The position numbers and the translations under genes were made by a program. A stretch of 63,670 nucleotides of DNA, the filler included, from Hyphochytrium catenoides (Eukaryota > Protista > Hyphochytriomycota): assembly GCA_900088475.1 (NCBI GenBank). It is 8 parts of 8 records of this genome, joined end to end, with 100 filler letters (N's around TTAATTAATTAA, not from the genome) between each part and the next. Parts side by side here need not be neighbours in the genome. Positions count along the whole stretch, not along the records: positions 21,374 to 39,968 come from FLMG01000625.1; 7 more parts are not named here. One strand, given 5' to 3'. The notes under the pieces are model-generated. The model was not told the origin of the DNA. It worked only from the letters and a program-made list of their open reading frames with translations, and searched no databases. Each line of letters starts with the position of its first letter. Position 1 is the stretch's first letter. Positions 25,416 to 38,210 of this stretch are shown piece after piece.

Positions 25416-25945
25416 ATGGCTTCTTCTTCTTCTCTCTTCCCTGTGGAAGTGTGTGGCTATGTGCTGGCTGCCTACCTTTTCGTTATTCTTCTTTTCTACC
25501 TTCTCGAGCCGTGGAAGAGACTGCCAGGTGAGAGAGGCCGCCAGGGAGAGGAGAGTCCAAAAGAGAGAAGGAAACAGAGAGACAGGACTCAGTGAAAGAT
25601 GGTTAATGCATACAGAAGAGAGAGAGAGAGAGGGAGAGAGAGAGAGCAAGAGAAGGAGAATGAAAGTCCAATGGCCAAGAGAGGCGAATGAAGGGAAAGG
25701 AGAGAGAGAGAGTGGGAAGGGGAGATAGATAGATAAAGATACCCATCTCTGATGCCACGTCTTTCGGGCCGATTGGCTTCTCTCTTCTGCACTCTTTCTT
25801 AATGTTCTCTCTCTATCTCCTTCCGACGGCTCATCTCTCTCTTCCCTTTGTCACTTCCTCTCCCTTACAACCCAACTGCTCCTCCCTCAGATGCCGAACC
25901 ACCCGAAGGTAGAAAGCCTCTTCTGTCTCCCCTTCCCTTAACCAC

Positions 25946-26007
<62 letters not shown>

Positions 26008-26302
26008 GGCTCAGCTCTCTCTCTCTTCCTCTTTTGATTTCCTTTCACTTGTCCGTCTTGGGTTGATTCTCTCCACTCTCTCTCTGTCCTCTCTTCTTCT
26101 CTGGCACTGGTCTCACCTCGTCCATCGTCTCGCCTCTTCTCTCTCCTTTTCTTCTCTCATTCTCTCTTTTGGAACCGCTCTTTCTCTCCCTTCTGCTTGC
26201 AATGTCGCTGTCTGTCTGGCCCTCTCTCTCTGTGTCTCTCTCCTCCCTTCCTTTTTCTATCTCGCGTTATCCCACTTCTCTCTTCTCGTCGCCTCGGTCT
26301 CC

Positions 26303-26337
<35 letters not shown>

Positions 26338-29182
26338 TCTCTCTCTTTCTTTCTCTCTCTCTCTTCCTCGCCTGCTTCTTTCTTTATTTCCAGATCTCAA
26401 GAGAGAGATCCATCGACTGTTTCCCTCTCCCTCTCCTTCTCTCTCTTCCTCTCTCTGCTCATCTCTTCCCTCCAAGACTGTTGTCCACCCCGCGCCTTCT
26501 CTTCCCTCTGAAGAAGAGCTGAACCCTTTCCTCGCCACGACTTGGGAGCTTTCTCGATATGAGAAGTTGAAGGTCAAAAGGCCTCTCTCTCTCTCTCTNN
26601 NNNNNNNNNNNNNNNNNNNNNNNNNNNNNNCTCTCTCTCTCTCTCTCTGCTCTTTCTCTCTCTCTTGTCTTCTTTTCTCTCTTTCTTCTCGTCTCTCCCC
26701 TCTTGGTCTGCACAATCTCCCTCTCTCTGAATCTCATTGCCCTCTTCATTTGTTTATTCCCTATATTAAAACTCGAAGGGCGGATTTCTATCTCTTCTCT
26801 GCTCTGTTTCTGTCTCTCTCTCTCTCACTTTGTCTCTCGCTGTCCCTGTCTTTCTTGCTTATCTCTAATCCGGGCTCTCTTCCTCTTTGTCTGCTTTCTT
26901 TCTCTGTCTCTCTCTCTTTGTCCCTCTCTCTTTCTCTCTTTCTCCTTTTCTCTCAATCTTACTTCCTCTCTTTCTGCCTCCTCTCTCATTGCCTCTTTCC
27001 TCTCTCCTCTCCTCTCTTTCTCGTTTTCTGTCAATCATTCTTTCTCTCTTTCTCTCTCCTCCTTTCTGTTCCCTCTCTCTTTTTCTCATTGTCTCTCATT
27101 GTCTCTCTCCCTCCCTGCAGATGTCGATTATGATCCCCACCCTTCTCCCTCTGAGGATCTTAGGCATAGTCATCACCTACATTGTCTTCATGTTCTCTCT
27201 CAAGCTCTTTCTTTCTCTCTCTCTCTCTTCTTCTCTCTCTTCTCCCTCTTCTCTCTCTCCCTGGAAGAAGAGACTGCTCTGTCACCCTTTTCGGGTTTTA
27301 CTCCTTTGCATGGGATTCTATAGGATCAGAGTCACCGGAAAGGTAAGAGAGAAACTTCAAGCATTCGAGGGGAGAGAAAAGACAGAGACAGAGAGGAGAG
27401 AGAGAGAGCAACGGAAAGAAGACACAAACGGAGGGTCAAGGCCAGGAAGACACGGAGAACCGGGAGTGCGAGACAGACAATGAGAGAGAGAGAAAGGGAT
27501 GGTCCATCTGCTCGCTCTTCTCCCTCTTCTCTCTCTTCTCTCTCTTGTGTCTCGAACATCCCACGTCTGACTCTCCTCAGGTTCTTAAGTTCCGATCATG
27601 TTTCTTCTTCCCTCTCCTCTCTCTTTCTCTGTTTTCCTCTATCTATTCTCATAAACTCTTCCGTCTCTCTTCTTCTCTTTCTCTCTCTGCCCATTTCTCT
27701 CTTTCGTATTCTCTCATACCGTACTGACCTTCTTCCCCTTTTTGTCTCTCTATCTCTGTTGCCTAACCCTCTACTTCCTTTCCCTTCACTTTCTCTGGTG
27801 TTCATTCCCTTATGCCGTCTCTCCTCTCTGTTCTCTCTCTCTCTCTCTCTCTCTCTCTCCCCCCANNTCCACATCTCTCTCTCTCTCTCTCTCTCCCTCT
27901 CTCTCTCCCTCTCCACATCTCTCTCTCTCTCTCTCCCTCTCCACATCTCTCTCTCTTTTACCTTCCTCCAGCCGAGCTCTCCCCGCTCCGCTCGCATTTT
28001 AGTAGCCAATCACAGTTCCCCAGTGGACGCGCTCCTCATCGCTTCCTGCACTCCAGCGTCCTTCCTCGCCGAGGCAGACAATCTCAAAAAGTGAGCCTCT
28101 CTTCCCTCCCCTTTCCCTTCTCTCTCTCTCCCCTCCCTGTCTCTCTCTCTCTCTCTCTCCCACTCCCTCTGCCTCTCTCTTCTTTCCTCTCCCTCCCTCT
28201 CTCTCTTTCTTTCTTTCTCTCTCTCTCTTTCTTTCTCTCTTCTCTCTCTCTTTTCTCTCTCTCTCTTTCTTTCTCTCTTCTCTTACAGATGCACTCTGTT
28301 TTCTCTGTTTCCTCTGGCTCGCCTTTTCTCGCTCTAAACTCCTTCAATGGCTTGTCAGTTTGGCAGGTTCTCTCCGGACCTCCTCTCTCTCGGCTTCCAT
28401 GTCTCCCTCTCTCTGTGTCACTTGTTGCGTATCTAATCCTGGATCTCTCTCTCTCTCCTCCTTCCTCTTTCCTTACTCTCTCTCCTCTTTCTCTCCCTCT
28501 CTTTCTCTCTCCCTCTCTCTCTCTCTCCCTCTCTCTCTCTCTCCCTCCCTCACTCCCTGTCTGTCTCTCTCTTCGTCTCTCCCCTCTCTCTCGCTCTCTC
28601 TCTGTCTCTGTCTTACACTCTCTCTCTGTCTCTTCCTCTCTCTTTCCTCTTCACTCCCTTTCACTCCTTAGTATTCCTTATTTCCACTACTTTGTCCGTG
28701 CATCTCATCTTCTTCTCTTCTACCGAGCCAAACCTGAAGGCAGACAAGCCATTGCAGATGAAATTGTCAAGAGAGCGACNNNNNNNNNNNNNNNNNNNNN
28801 NNNNNNNNNNNNNNNNNNNNNNNNNNNNNNNTCTCTCTCTCTCTCTCGGTGAGTCAGTCCTCTCAGACTTCTTTCCCTCTCTCGTCTAATAGGCTCCGTT
28901 CCCTTTCTTTCTCCTGTTAGATGACCGCCCTCCTCTACTTATCTTTCCTGAAGGGACCACCTCAAATGGACAAGCTATACTGAGGTGACGCATGCTATTC
29001 TCTCTCTTTCTCTTTCTCTCTCTCTCTCTCTCCTGTCTCTCTCTCTCACTCTCTCTCTGTTCTCACTCTCTCCCTTTCTCTCTCTCTCTCTCCTGTTCCC
29101 AATGAGGCTTTCTTTCTTGCCCTCCCTCTCTTTCCCTGCCGTTCTCAACCTAACTCTTTCTCCTCTCTACCCTTCACTACGA

Positions 29183-29231
<49 letters not shown>

Positions 29232-29400
29232 ACAAGGTTCAAGGCAGGAGCGTTTCTTCCTCTCCGTCCTGTTCAGCCGGTGATCCTTCGCTTCCCTCAC
29301 CGACATTTTCATCCGTGCTGGGTGCAGCAAGGTCAGAGAGAGAGAGAGAGAAAGAGGTAGAGAGAGAGAGCGAGAGCGAGAGAGAGCGAGAGCGAGCGAG

Positions 29401-29442
<42 letters not shown>

Positions 29443-30051
29443 GTGTCAGGTGGTGGGTGGGGCGAGTGCCGCCAGAGAGAGAAAGAATCATAATGAGAAA
29501 GAGAAAAACAGAGAAAGAATGAGTGAGAGAGAAGAACGAAAGAAGGGAAAGAGACGAAAGCAGTTACTGGCTCTTCCTTCTTCCTCTCTCTTCTTTGCTC
29601 ATGCTCACGCCAGCGGTCTCACTCTCTCATCTATCCTCATGCTCTTCTTCTCTTTCTTATTCCTCCTTGCTCTCTCTCTCTCACTCCCTTTTTTTCTCTC
29701 TCTCTCTCTTTCTTTCCCTCCTTTCTGTGTCTCTCTCTCTTTTTCTTTTTCTCTTCTGTCCAGGACCATCCCTGTCGATGGTCGTCCTCCGACTGCTTTG
29801 TCAGTTTATAAACTATGCGGAAGTAGAGTTTCTCTCTCCGGTGGAACCCTTGGGAAGAGTGGGAGGAGAGACACAGAAGAGAGGAGAGAAGAGAGAGAAA
29901 GAAAAGAAGAAAGAAGGAGAAGAGGAGCAGCCAGAGGCTTTTGGAGAGAGAGTGAGGAAAATCATGGGCTCTGCGCTAGGTGACCGTTCTCTCTCTCTCT
30001 CTCTCTCTCTCTNNNNNNNNNNNNNNNNNNNNNNNNNNNNNNNNNNNNNNN

Positions 30052-30087
<36 letters not shown>

Positions 30088-30408
30088 GCTGCTCGCCCTG
30101 CCTCTTGTTGTTGCTTTGACCCGTTTGTCCTTTCCTCTTTCTGCTTTCCTCCCTTCTTTCTTTCCCTCTCTGTGTCTGTCTCTCACCTTCTCTTTTCTCT
30201 CTCTATCCCTCTGGCTTTTCCTCTTTCTCTCCTCACTGTCTTCTTCTTGTCCTCTCTGTCTCCGCTCTCTCTTTTCCTTTCTTCTATGTCTCTTCCCCAC
30301 ACTACACTTAGCGTCCTTTCGCTCTCCTCCCCTCTCTGTCTGTCTCTCTCTCTGTCTCTCTCTGTCTGTCTCTCTCTCTGGTCTCTCTGTCTCTCTGTTT
30401 CTCTCTCC

Positions 30409-30451
<43 letters not shown>

Positions 30452-32389
30452 CTCTCCCCTCCTGCAGGTGTCCCTATGGTGGCCCACTCTTCAGATGCGG
30501 TTGTCCTGCTAAAAGTGGCGGCTTCTCTCTCTCTCTCTCCTTCCTCTCTGGACTTCGCCTCTCTCTCCTCTCTCTCCGCGCACTGGGGACTGGACCTCAG
30601 GGAAGTGGTATGAGCCCCAACCCATTTTCAATTTTTCCATAACAAATTTAGATAAAAGCTCTTCATTCCATTGGCAGGATTTCCTTTAAATAGAGACCTC
30701 TCATTGGCTGTTCGTCTCTACTATCCTCCTGACCAATCAGGCGTCTTCGTTTATTGTTTTTATGTGGCTCATATCTCTTCCTTTCTAGAAAAGAAATGCT
30801 GAAAATCCTTTACATTTTCCATCAGGTCACGCGGCAGTTGGCCAAGTTTGCCCAGTGGGACAGCGACAAGGATGGAAAGGTAAGAAAGAAAGAGAGAGGA
30901 GAAAGGATAGGAAAGATAGGGAGAGAGAGAAGGGAGAGAGAGAAGGATGGAAGACGGAGAAAGGCCAAAGAGGAGACAGAGAGTTAGACGTAAGAGATAG
31001 AGAGGAGAGAGAAGAGAGAGTAAAGAGTTAATGAGTTAAAACGCGAAGAAAGTAGAAGAAGAACAAAACAAGCGGGAGAGAGAGAGAGAAGAAGAGAGAA
31101 GAGAGCCAGGGCGAGAGAGTAGGGGACGTGAACTGCAACTGCAAATAAGATTCTCTCTCACTCTCTCTCCTTTATCGTCCGTCTCTTCTCTCTCACGCTA
31201 ATCATTCTTTCTTTCTTCCCCGTCCTTGCTTTAGGTTACAGGAGAAGAGTTTTCCTCTCTCCTTTTGGCCGAGTTCGGGCCGATTATCGGAAAAGAGACT
31301 GCGTTCGTCTCATCAGTCTTTGAGAAATATCGAGAGAAAGAGAGTCCTTTTCTGCACTTTAGGTTAGCCTCTTTCACCCTCTCTCACCCCTCTCTCTCTC
31401 TGTGTCTCTGCTTTGCTTCTCTTTCTTCTTCTGTTTCACAGAAATCTTATTCCTTTTTTCTCTCCTTGCAGTTTCCAGTTCCCTTTAAGCCAAACCTCTA
31501 CCCTTCGGCATCAAACATGCCCTCCCTCTCACACAATCTCTCTCTCTTTCTTTCTTTTTCCTTTTCTCTTTCCCTCTTTCTCTCCCTCTCCTTGTTCGTC
31601 TCTAACTCTCTCTCTCTCCTAGGAGTTATCTTCCTGCTTGGCTGGAAGTGTCTCAACGAGTTCGGGACACGAGAGAGGTGGTGACCGCTCTCTATCGCTA
31701 TTTAGAGCCGGATGCCCAAGGTAGAAAGACTCTTCTTCCTGCTCTCTCCGACACCGGAGTGACAGCCGTAAAATCTCTCTCTGTCTCTCTCTTTCTCTCC
31801 TCTGCACTTTTCCATTTGGTCTCTCTTTCCTTTCTGCGAAACCTTTTACTTTCCTCATAGAGCCTTTTCTTCAACATTCTCTCTCTCTTTTTCTCCGTTA
31901 GTCTTTCCATCAACTCACGTCCCAGACATCTTCCTCCACTTTTATCATCTCTCTCTCTCTCCCTCTCACTTTCTTTCTCTCTCCTTCTCTCTCTGTTTCT
32001 TCCTGTCTCTCTCTTTCTTCCTTTGCCGTCCTTCATCTTGACTGACAGGTTTTCTATCCGTGGAGTCACTCTCTCGAGCGCTCAGGAGCGCACTTCCTAG
32101 TGCCTCATCTATAGCTCTAACATGTGCGCTCGAAACTTTGGACGCTGATCGTGACGGCAAGGTTTCCTTTGAAGCTCTACTGGAGGCTCTGGGCAGAGGG
32201 AAGGAGAGAAGAGAGAGAGAGAAAGAGAGAGAGAAAGAGAGAGAAAAAGAGAGGGAGAAAGAAAAACAAGGTGATATGACCCTGGTAGAAGAGACAGAAA
32301 TAGAATCAGAGAGAGAGAGAGAGACAGAAGGCGATGACAAGGGCAAGCTATTGTTAGAAAAGCTCCTCCTTTGGAGCTCATTTCTTTAG
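25416..32389 (+). CDS. Lysophospholipid acyltransferase (LPCAT/LPEAT-like, PlsC domain) with C-terminal EF-hands; approximate exons 25416-25527, 25891-25908, 26394-26571, 27121-27342, 27972-28090, 28672-28848, 28921-28984, 29237-29331, 29764-29979, 30468-30607, 30826-30879, 31235-31362, 31624-31719, 32049-32389
   Basis: Motifs: NPF, GFYRIRVTG, catalytic VANHSSPVD (HX4D), LLIFPEGTTSNG, FKAGAF..LRPVQPV, LCQFINYAEVEFL and AFGERVRKIMG. EF-hand loops are DSDKDGKVTGEE and DADRDGKVSFEA, and there is an N-terminal TM segment. Confidence 0.88.
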
Positions 32390-32823
32390 AAATACTATAA
32401 TGAGGACTCTCTCTCTCGTTCTCTCTCTTTCTCTTGCTCTTCTCTTTGCTACTAAGAGCATCCTGCTATCAATTGATTGTCTCCTCCGCTGTCTGTCTTT
32501 CTTTCATTTCTCTCGGTGTCCCTGTCTCTTCCTCTGTCTTTCTCGTTTCTCCAAAACAGCTCAGCTCTCTTCCTTTCTTTCTCTTCCTTTTCCAAGTATC
32601 TTTCTTTGCTCTTCCTTTGCTTTACCTTCGATCTTTCTCTCTTTTTCTCTCTGTCTGTCCCTTCCTTCCTCTCTTTTTGTGCGTCTCTCCTTTAATAAGC
32701 ACATCCCCTGTCTCTCTTTCTAAATGTAGCGGTCATCTTCCTCTTCGTCATCTTCGTTCCCCACAAAGCCCGCTGTGAGGGAAGAGAGGGAGGGAGTCGG
32801 TCAGTCAAACCGGGGAGAACGAG

Positions 32824-32859
<36 letters not shown>

Positions 32860-33269
32860 AGACGACCAGACAGAGCGAAGGAGGAAAGAAAGAGAGAGAG
32901 ACAAAAGATGACAAGGCTTTCAGCGAGAGGAAGATAAGAGGAATGCGAAAAGGCGAAAAGTCGAGAGGCCAAGAGAGAGAGAGAGAGAGGGAGAGAGAGA
33001 GAAGGGCCAAAGAAGGACAAAGGAGAGGAAGTAAAGAGGCAGTGAGAGGAGAGGGCAAGAGAGAGAGAGAGAGATTATGAGGGTCATAGGAACTGAAGAT
33101 AAAGTTACTGCAGGAAGAGGAAAAGGTAGAAAGAGGAAGCGTGAAATTTGTTAAGAAGAAAGAGAAAGAGAGAGAAGGAATGGAAGAGAGTAAGGGTGAA
33201 ATGCAATGAAGATTGCGAGGCATAGGAGAGAAAAAGGAACGAGAGAGAGAGAGAGACAGAGTTAGATAC

Positions 33270-33495
33270 GTGGTTTCTCACCATGTCTGGGCCTGTAGCA
33301 GAGGAAATAGACGAGAGAGAGAGAGAGAACGACAAGAGCGAGAGAGGCAGCGACAATAGTGCCGATCAGCCAGGCCGGGAGAGAAGAGGAGGAAGAAGAG
33401 GACCGGGTGGGAGAGGGAGAGGGAGAGAGAGGAACGGCAGGCGTAGGGGCCGGACATTTCTTTGGATTTAGATCCTTGTTGCACTGATAGTTCTC

Positions 33496-33538
<43 letters not shown>

Positions 33539-34493
33539 ACGAGATCGAGATCGAGATCGAGAGCGCGCGAGTGAGGGAAAATAAGAGAGAGGGAAGGAAG
33601 GAGAGAGATTTTGTGGGAGAGAGAGAGGGAGAGAGAGAGGCAGAGAGAGACGGGGAGAGAGAGTGATTTAGCGTGAAAATGAGAGTGAGTGAGAAGAACA
33701 GAGAGAAGAGAGAGGTCTTTCACATTGGCCTGGGGATCAACGAAAAGAACAAGGAGATAACCAGGGGAGAGAAGGCTGGGGCTAAATCAGAAAGGAAGGA
33801 GGAAACACGGGACTGTATCGGGGAGAGCGAAGACCCAAAGAGAGACTCGAGGTAAAAAGAGAAAGAGAGTTTCGAGCCACTAAGACGAGCTAAAGAGAGA
33901 AGAGCGCGTAGCAGACATTTCCCCTCGCTGTGGGTGTATATCAGTAGAGAGGAGAGAGACAGAGAACGAGGGAGACAGAGGATCTGATAAGAAGGAAGAG
34001 AGAGTAAGAGAGAGTAAGAGAGAGAGAGAGTAAGAGAGAGACAGAGACGAGACAGAGACGAGACAGAGAGAGAGAGAGAGGGTAGAGAAAGAGAGAGGGG
34101 AGAGAAAGAGAGAGGGGAGAGAAAGAGACGAGAGAGAGAGAGAGGGGAGAGAAAGAGAGAGGGGAGAGAAAGAGAGAGACTACTCACCTTTGATAGCTTG
34201 AGAGATATTCATCCTGCAGTCTGAGCAGGTGAAGCCCACGCCACAGAGACAGAGCTTTAGAGGAGAGCCGCCCACCGCCACACACTGTCCACGACCGTGG
34301 CAGTCAGCCTGAGAGCAACAGGGCATCCCTAGGGAGAGAAAGAGAGAGAGAGAGAGAGAGAAGAACAGCGAGGGAGGGAGCGAAAGAGGCAGTTGGGGGT
34401 AGCAAGTGAAGAGCAACAGTCAGAACCAGAAGCTGAAATCAACAGAAAGTGTATTCTTCTCCAGCCTGACTTCTCAGAACCGCCTTTATTCCT

Positions 34494-34533
<40 letters not shown>

Positions 34534-35634
34534 GTGTCTGCTCTCTCTTTCGTGTCTGCTCTCTCTTTCGTGTCTGCTCTCTCTTTCGTGTCTGCTCTCT
34601 CTTTCTTCTCACTGCTACCTTTATGTTTATCTAGCCATGTCGCATCTCCTTCTTCCGTTTCAAGTTTCCTTACCTTACCTTCTCTTTCTCTATCTCTTTC
34701 TTCCCTGTCACAACCGTTTCTAAGAGTCCTCCCATTCCCTTCCTTCCTTAATTGCGCTCTCTCTCTCTCTCTCTTTTCTTTTTTTTGCTCTCTCTCACCT
34801 CCCGTCCGTCCAAAGCCGGTAATATCCGCCCTCTCCTTGGACAGGAGAAAGGTCTCTCTCTCTCTCTCTCTCTGTCTGTCTGTCTCTTCTCTCTCTTACC
34901 TCCTGTCCTTCCAAAGCCGGTGATGTCTGCCCTCTCCTTGGGCAGGAGACAGGGGAGTCCCCAGGAGATCTCGACCTCGGTGCGGTCGCAGTGGCTGCAC
35001 CCGAAGCCCGGGTAACATAAACACTGGCCATAGACACAGATCCCGCCGTTGGAGGCGCCGCAGTCCCCGTCACTGGCGCAGGCGCCGCCCCCCCAGGGGA
35101 CCGAGCAGAGATCCACCACTTGAGAGAGATTGCGATAGGATGGCCTGGGTGTTGAGAGAGAGAGAGAGAGAGAGAAAGGGGGAAGAGAGAGGAAGAGAGA
35201 AAAAAGAGAGAGTGAAAAGAGGGAGGCAGGGAGTGAGAGGGGTGAAAGGGAAAGAGAGAGAAAAGGAGAGAGGAGAAGACAAAAAGAAGAGAGAGAGAGA
35301 GAGAGAGGGGAAGAGAGGGAGAGTGAGAGGGATGAGAGGGAGATGGAGATTGTGCGAACAGCGAAGTGACACGAGAGAGAATGAGAGAGATTTAGAGACG
35401 GCAATGTAAAGTGGAAAGAGAGAGAGACTAGGAGAGAAGAGGCAAGAACGAGGAGAAGGATTGCTAACAAAGGCCATGGTGTTATTCTGATGGCAGGGAG
35501 GAGGAGAAGAAGAAAGAGGGAGAGAGAGGGATAATGCTCCGCTCCTCAAGAAAAAAGGGCGTCATCATAAAGTAGAAGGCGGAAGAGACAGAAAGAGAGA
35601 CAAAAGAGAAACCGAGACCGAATAGCGCTGATGG

Positions 35635-35672
<38 letters not shown>

Positions 35673-36368
35673 AGAGAAGCAAACGCTGCAGCCAAGGAAA
35701 AAATAAAGAGACAAGGCCAGGAGGACAGAGGAAGAGAGCAGCCCACGGGGACAGAGAGGGAGAAAGAAGGAGAGAGAAAGAGAGAGAGAGAGAGAGAAAG
35801 ATAGATAGATAGAGAGCGAGAGGGAAGGAGAAGAGAGAGAGAGAGAAAAGATTGAAAGCCGTAAGCAATTGTCGGAACATGGTCAACCTGTATCCAGAAT
35901 GTGAGCCATCGGCCTCCATCCTGCTGAGGACGTTGCAGTATTGGCAGACATATTTCTCTTGATAGGCCGAACAGTCACACTTATTCTGAATACATCTGCC
36001 AGGCCCTGTGGTGTCGACACAGGGAGACTTTGGAGAGAGAGGANNNNNNNNNNNNNNNNNNNNNNNNNNNNNNNNNNGAGAGAGAGAGAGAGAAGAGAGA
36101 CAGAGAAGAAGAAGAGAGTGAGCGTGAGAGAGAGACGAAGAGAGTAACTGAGAGAGAAAGGAGAGAGAGAGGAGAAGAAGAGAGTGAGTGTGAGAGAGGA
36201 GAGAGAGAGATAAAGAAGGAGAAGGGCCAAGGTCCAAGGTAGAAGATAAGAGAGAGTAATCTCTATACAGAGCATCGATCGAGAGCAGGACACCAAACGG
36301 GAGAGAGAGGGAGAAAGTCTTCAGAGAGAAAGAAGAGAGAGAAAGAAAGAGAGAGATGAGAAAGNNNN

Positions 36369-36421
<53 letters not shown>

Positions 36422-37493
36422 GCTGACCTCCAGCATAGTAGTTAGGCGGTAGAGGGTTGCACTGCAAGTCTCCAAAATGCTGTGAATCGCAAGTGCCGCC
36501 GCCGTAGGGACCCAGCACCTCGGAGTGGGAGAAAGAGAGAAGGGAGAAGATTATAAGGAGAGAGAGAGAGAGAAGAAGGGAGAGAGAAGGTCCCATCCTT
36601 CCCCTTTCTGTTATGGCCTTTCTGTCGAGTGTTCTCCCTCCTTCCGCGTCTCTCCTGACTTTTCTCTCTGCGTACATAAATAGGTGTTACTGCTGTGAGA
36701 AGGAAGACAGAGATAGAGAGAGAATGAAAGAGAGAGAGAGCGAGAGAGAGAGAGAGGGAGGGAGAGAAGCGCGATTGAAAGGCGGGAATCCAGGGAACCA
36801 GAAGAGAGATAAGAGAGAGAAATAGCCAAGAGAAAGAGGAAGGGGTGAGCTTTTAGGGGAGATGATGACGCAAAAGAGGAGAGATATATGAAGAGAGAGA
36901 GGAAGAGAGAGAGAAAGAGAGCGCGGGGTCGGCCAAGGTTGGCAGCAGTGGTCGCCCCAGACAGAGTGCGCAGATGATTGGAAACAGCAGATTAGGCTGC
37001 GCAAAGAGAGAGATCAGCGAGAGGGAAAGAGGGAGAGAGAGACAGTGCGCCCATTAGAGAAAAAGGGAGAGAGCAAGAGCGGCGGAAGGCTCTCAATCCC
37101 CAGCTGAAGAGGAAGCCGAACCTTGTTGAGAGGAGAGACGTGCAGATTAGGCGCGACAGAGAGAGAGAGAGGCCCAGCGGGAAAGAGAGGCACAGACATG
37201 CGCATGAACGAGAGAGAAAAAGAGTACGATTGAGCACGAGGAGGAGGAAGAGGCGCCTATATAATGGCGTAAAGAGAGAAGTTGAGGAAGAGGGAGAGAG
37301 AGAATTTGATGGGGGAAAGAAAGAGAGAGAGAAAGAGAAAGAAGAGAGAGAGAGAGAAAAAGAGAGAAGAGAGAGAGAGAGAAACAGAGAGAGAGAGAGA
37401 GAGAGAGAGGGAGCGAGAGAGAGAGAGAGAAAGAGAGAGAGAACTTTACGATCTGTTCCAAAAGAGCAGCAGGGCGAGCAGTTTCTGTATCAT
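33270..37493 (-). CDS. Cys-rich EGF/tenascin-like repeat single-pass membrane protein (core exons ~36521-36428, ~36040-35888, ~35119-34900, ~34328-34188, ~33494-33270; start and stop uncertain)
   Basis: Three GGxxC...dC...G.C....C.C..gf.C..C units (e.g. GGGACASDGDCGASNGGICVYGQCLCYPGFGCSHC), a Pro/Ser stalk, and TM WLIGTIVAASLALVVLSLSLVYFLC followed by RPRH. A possible signal exon MIQKLLALLLFWNRS lies at 37493-37450. Some exon phases could not be reconciled. Confidence 0.62.
34523..34600. repeat. 18-bp minisatellite (CTCTCTCTTTCGTGTCTG) x4, intronic
   Basis: Directly visible tandem units. Confidence 0.9.
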
Positions 37494-37753
37494 CTTGCGT
37501 GTCGCTTCGCAAATATTACTAAGCCATTTTGTTTGACTATAAATCAGAGGTTTAGATGACTTACGAAGGTGTATTACTACGACCAATCTCATAAGGCCAT
37601 CATCTCCAAGAACTTATCTGATAACTCAAAAGGGTTGAATCAGAACCATCAGGGTTGAGATTATTGGTTAAGAAGCATGTCTGGTTATCAAGGTTTAGCT
37701 TTTTCAATGTTCGTTGTTTTGGCGCGAAATGGTTTGTCAGATGATCGCCTTTC

Positions 37754-37801
<48 letters not shown>

Positions 37802-37841
37802 CCTCCCTCTCTCTCGCTCTCTCTGTGCCTCTCTCTCTCTC

Positions 37842-37872
<31 letters not shown>

Positions 37873-38210
37873 GCCTCTCTCTCTCTGTCTCTCTCTCCGT
37901 CTCTCTCTCTCTGTCTCTCTCTCTGTCTCTCTCTCTCTCTCCCTCTCTCTCTCACGGTCTTCGCGGAGATCCATTCCAATACTGTTCCTATTTTGAGTCT
38001 TTCTCTCTTTCAGCTTCTTGGCTTGTTCCTATCCGAGTCTTTGCTCGCTGATGGCGGTGGCTCATTCGATGTCCAGCCCTGTCATCGCCTAATCTCCGTG
38101 AAGAAGCGCGCCAGTACTCTTTCCTCTCTCTGTCCGTTTCTCTCCCGCCTTCCCCTTCTTCTTTCTATTGTCTCTGTCTCTCTTTCTCTCTCTCCAGTCT
38201 TTCTCACATT

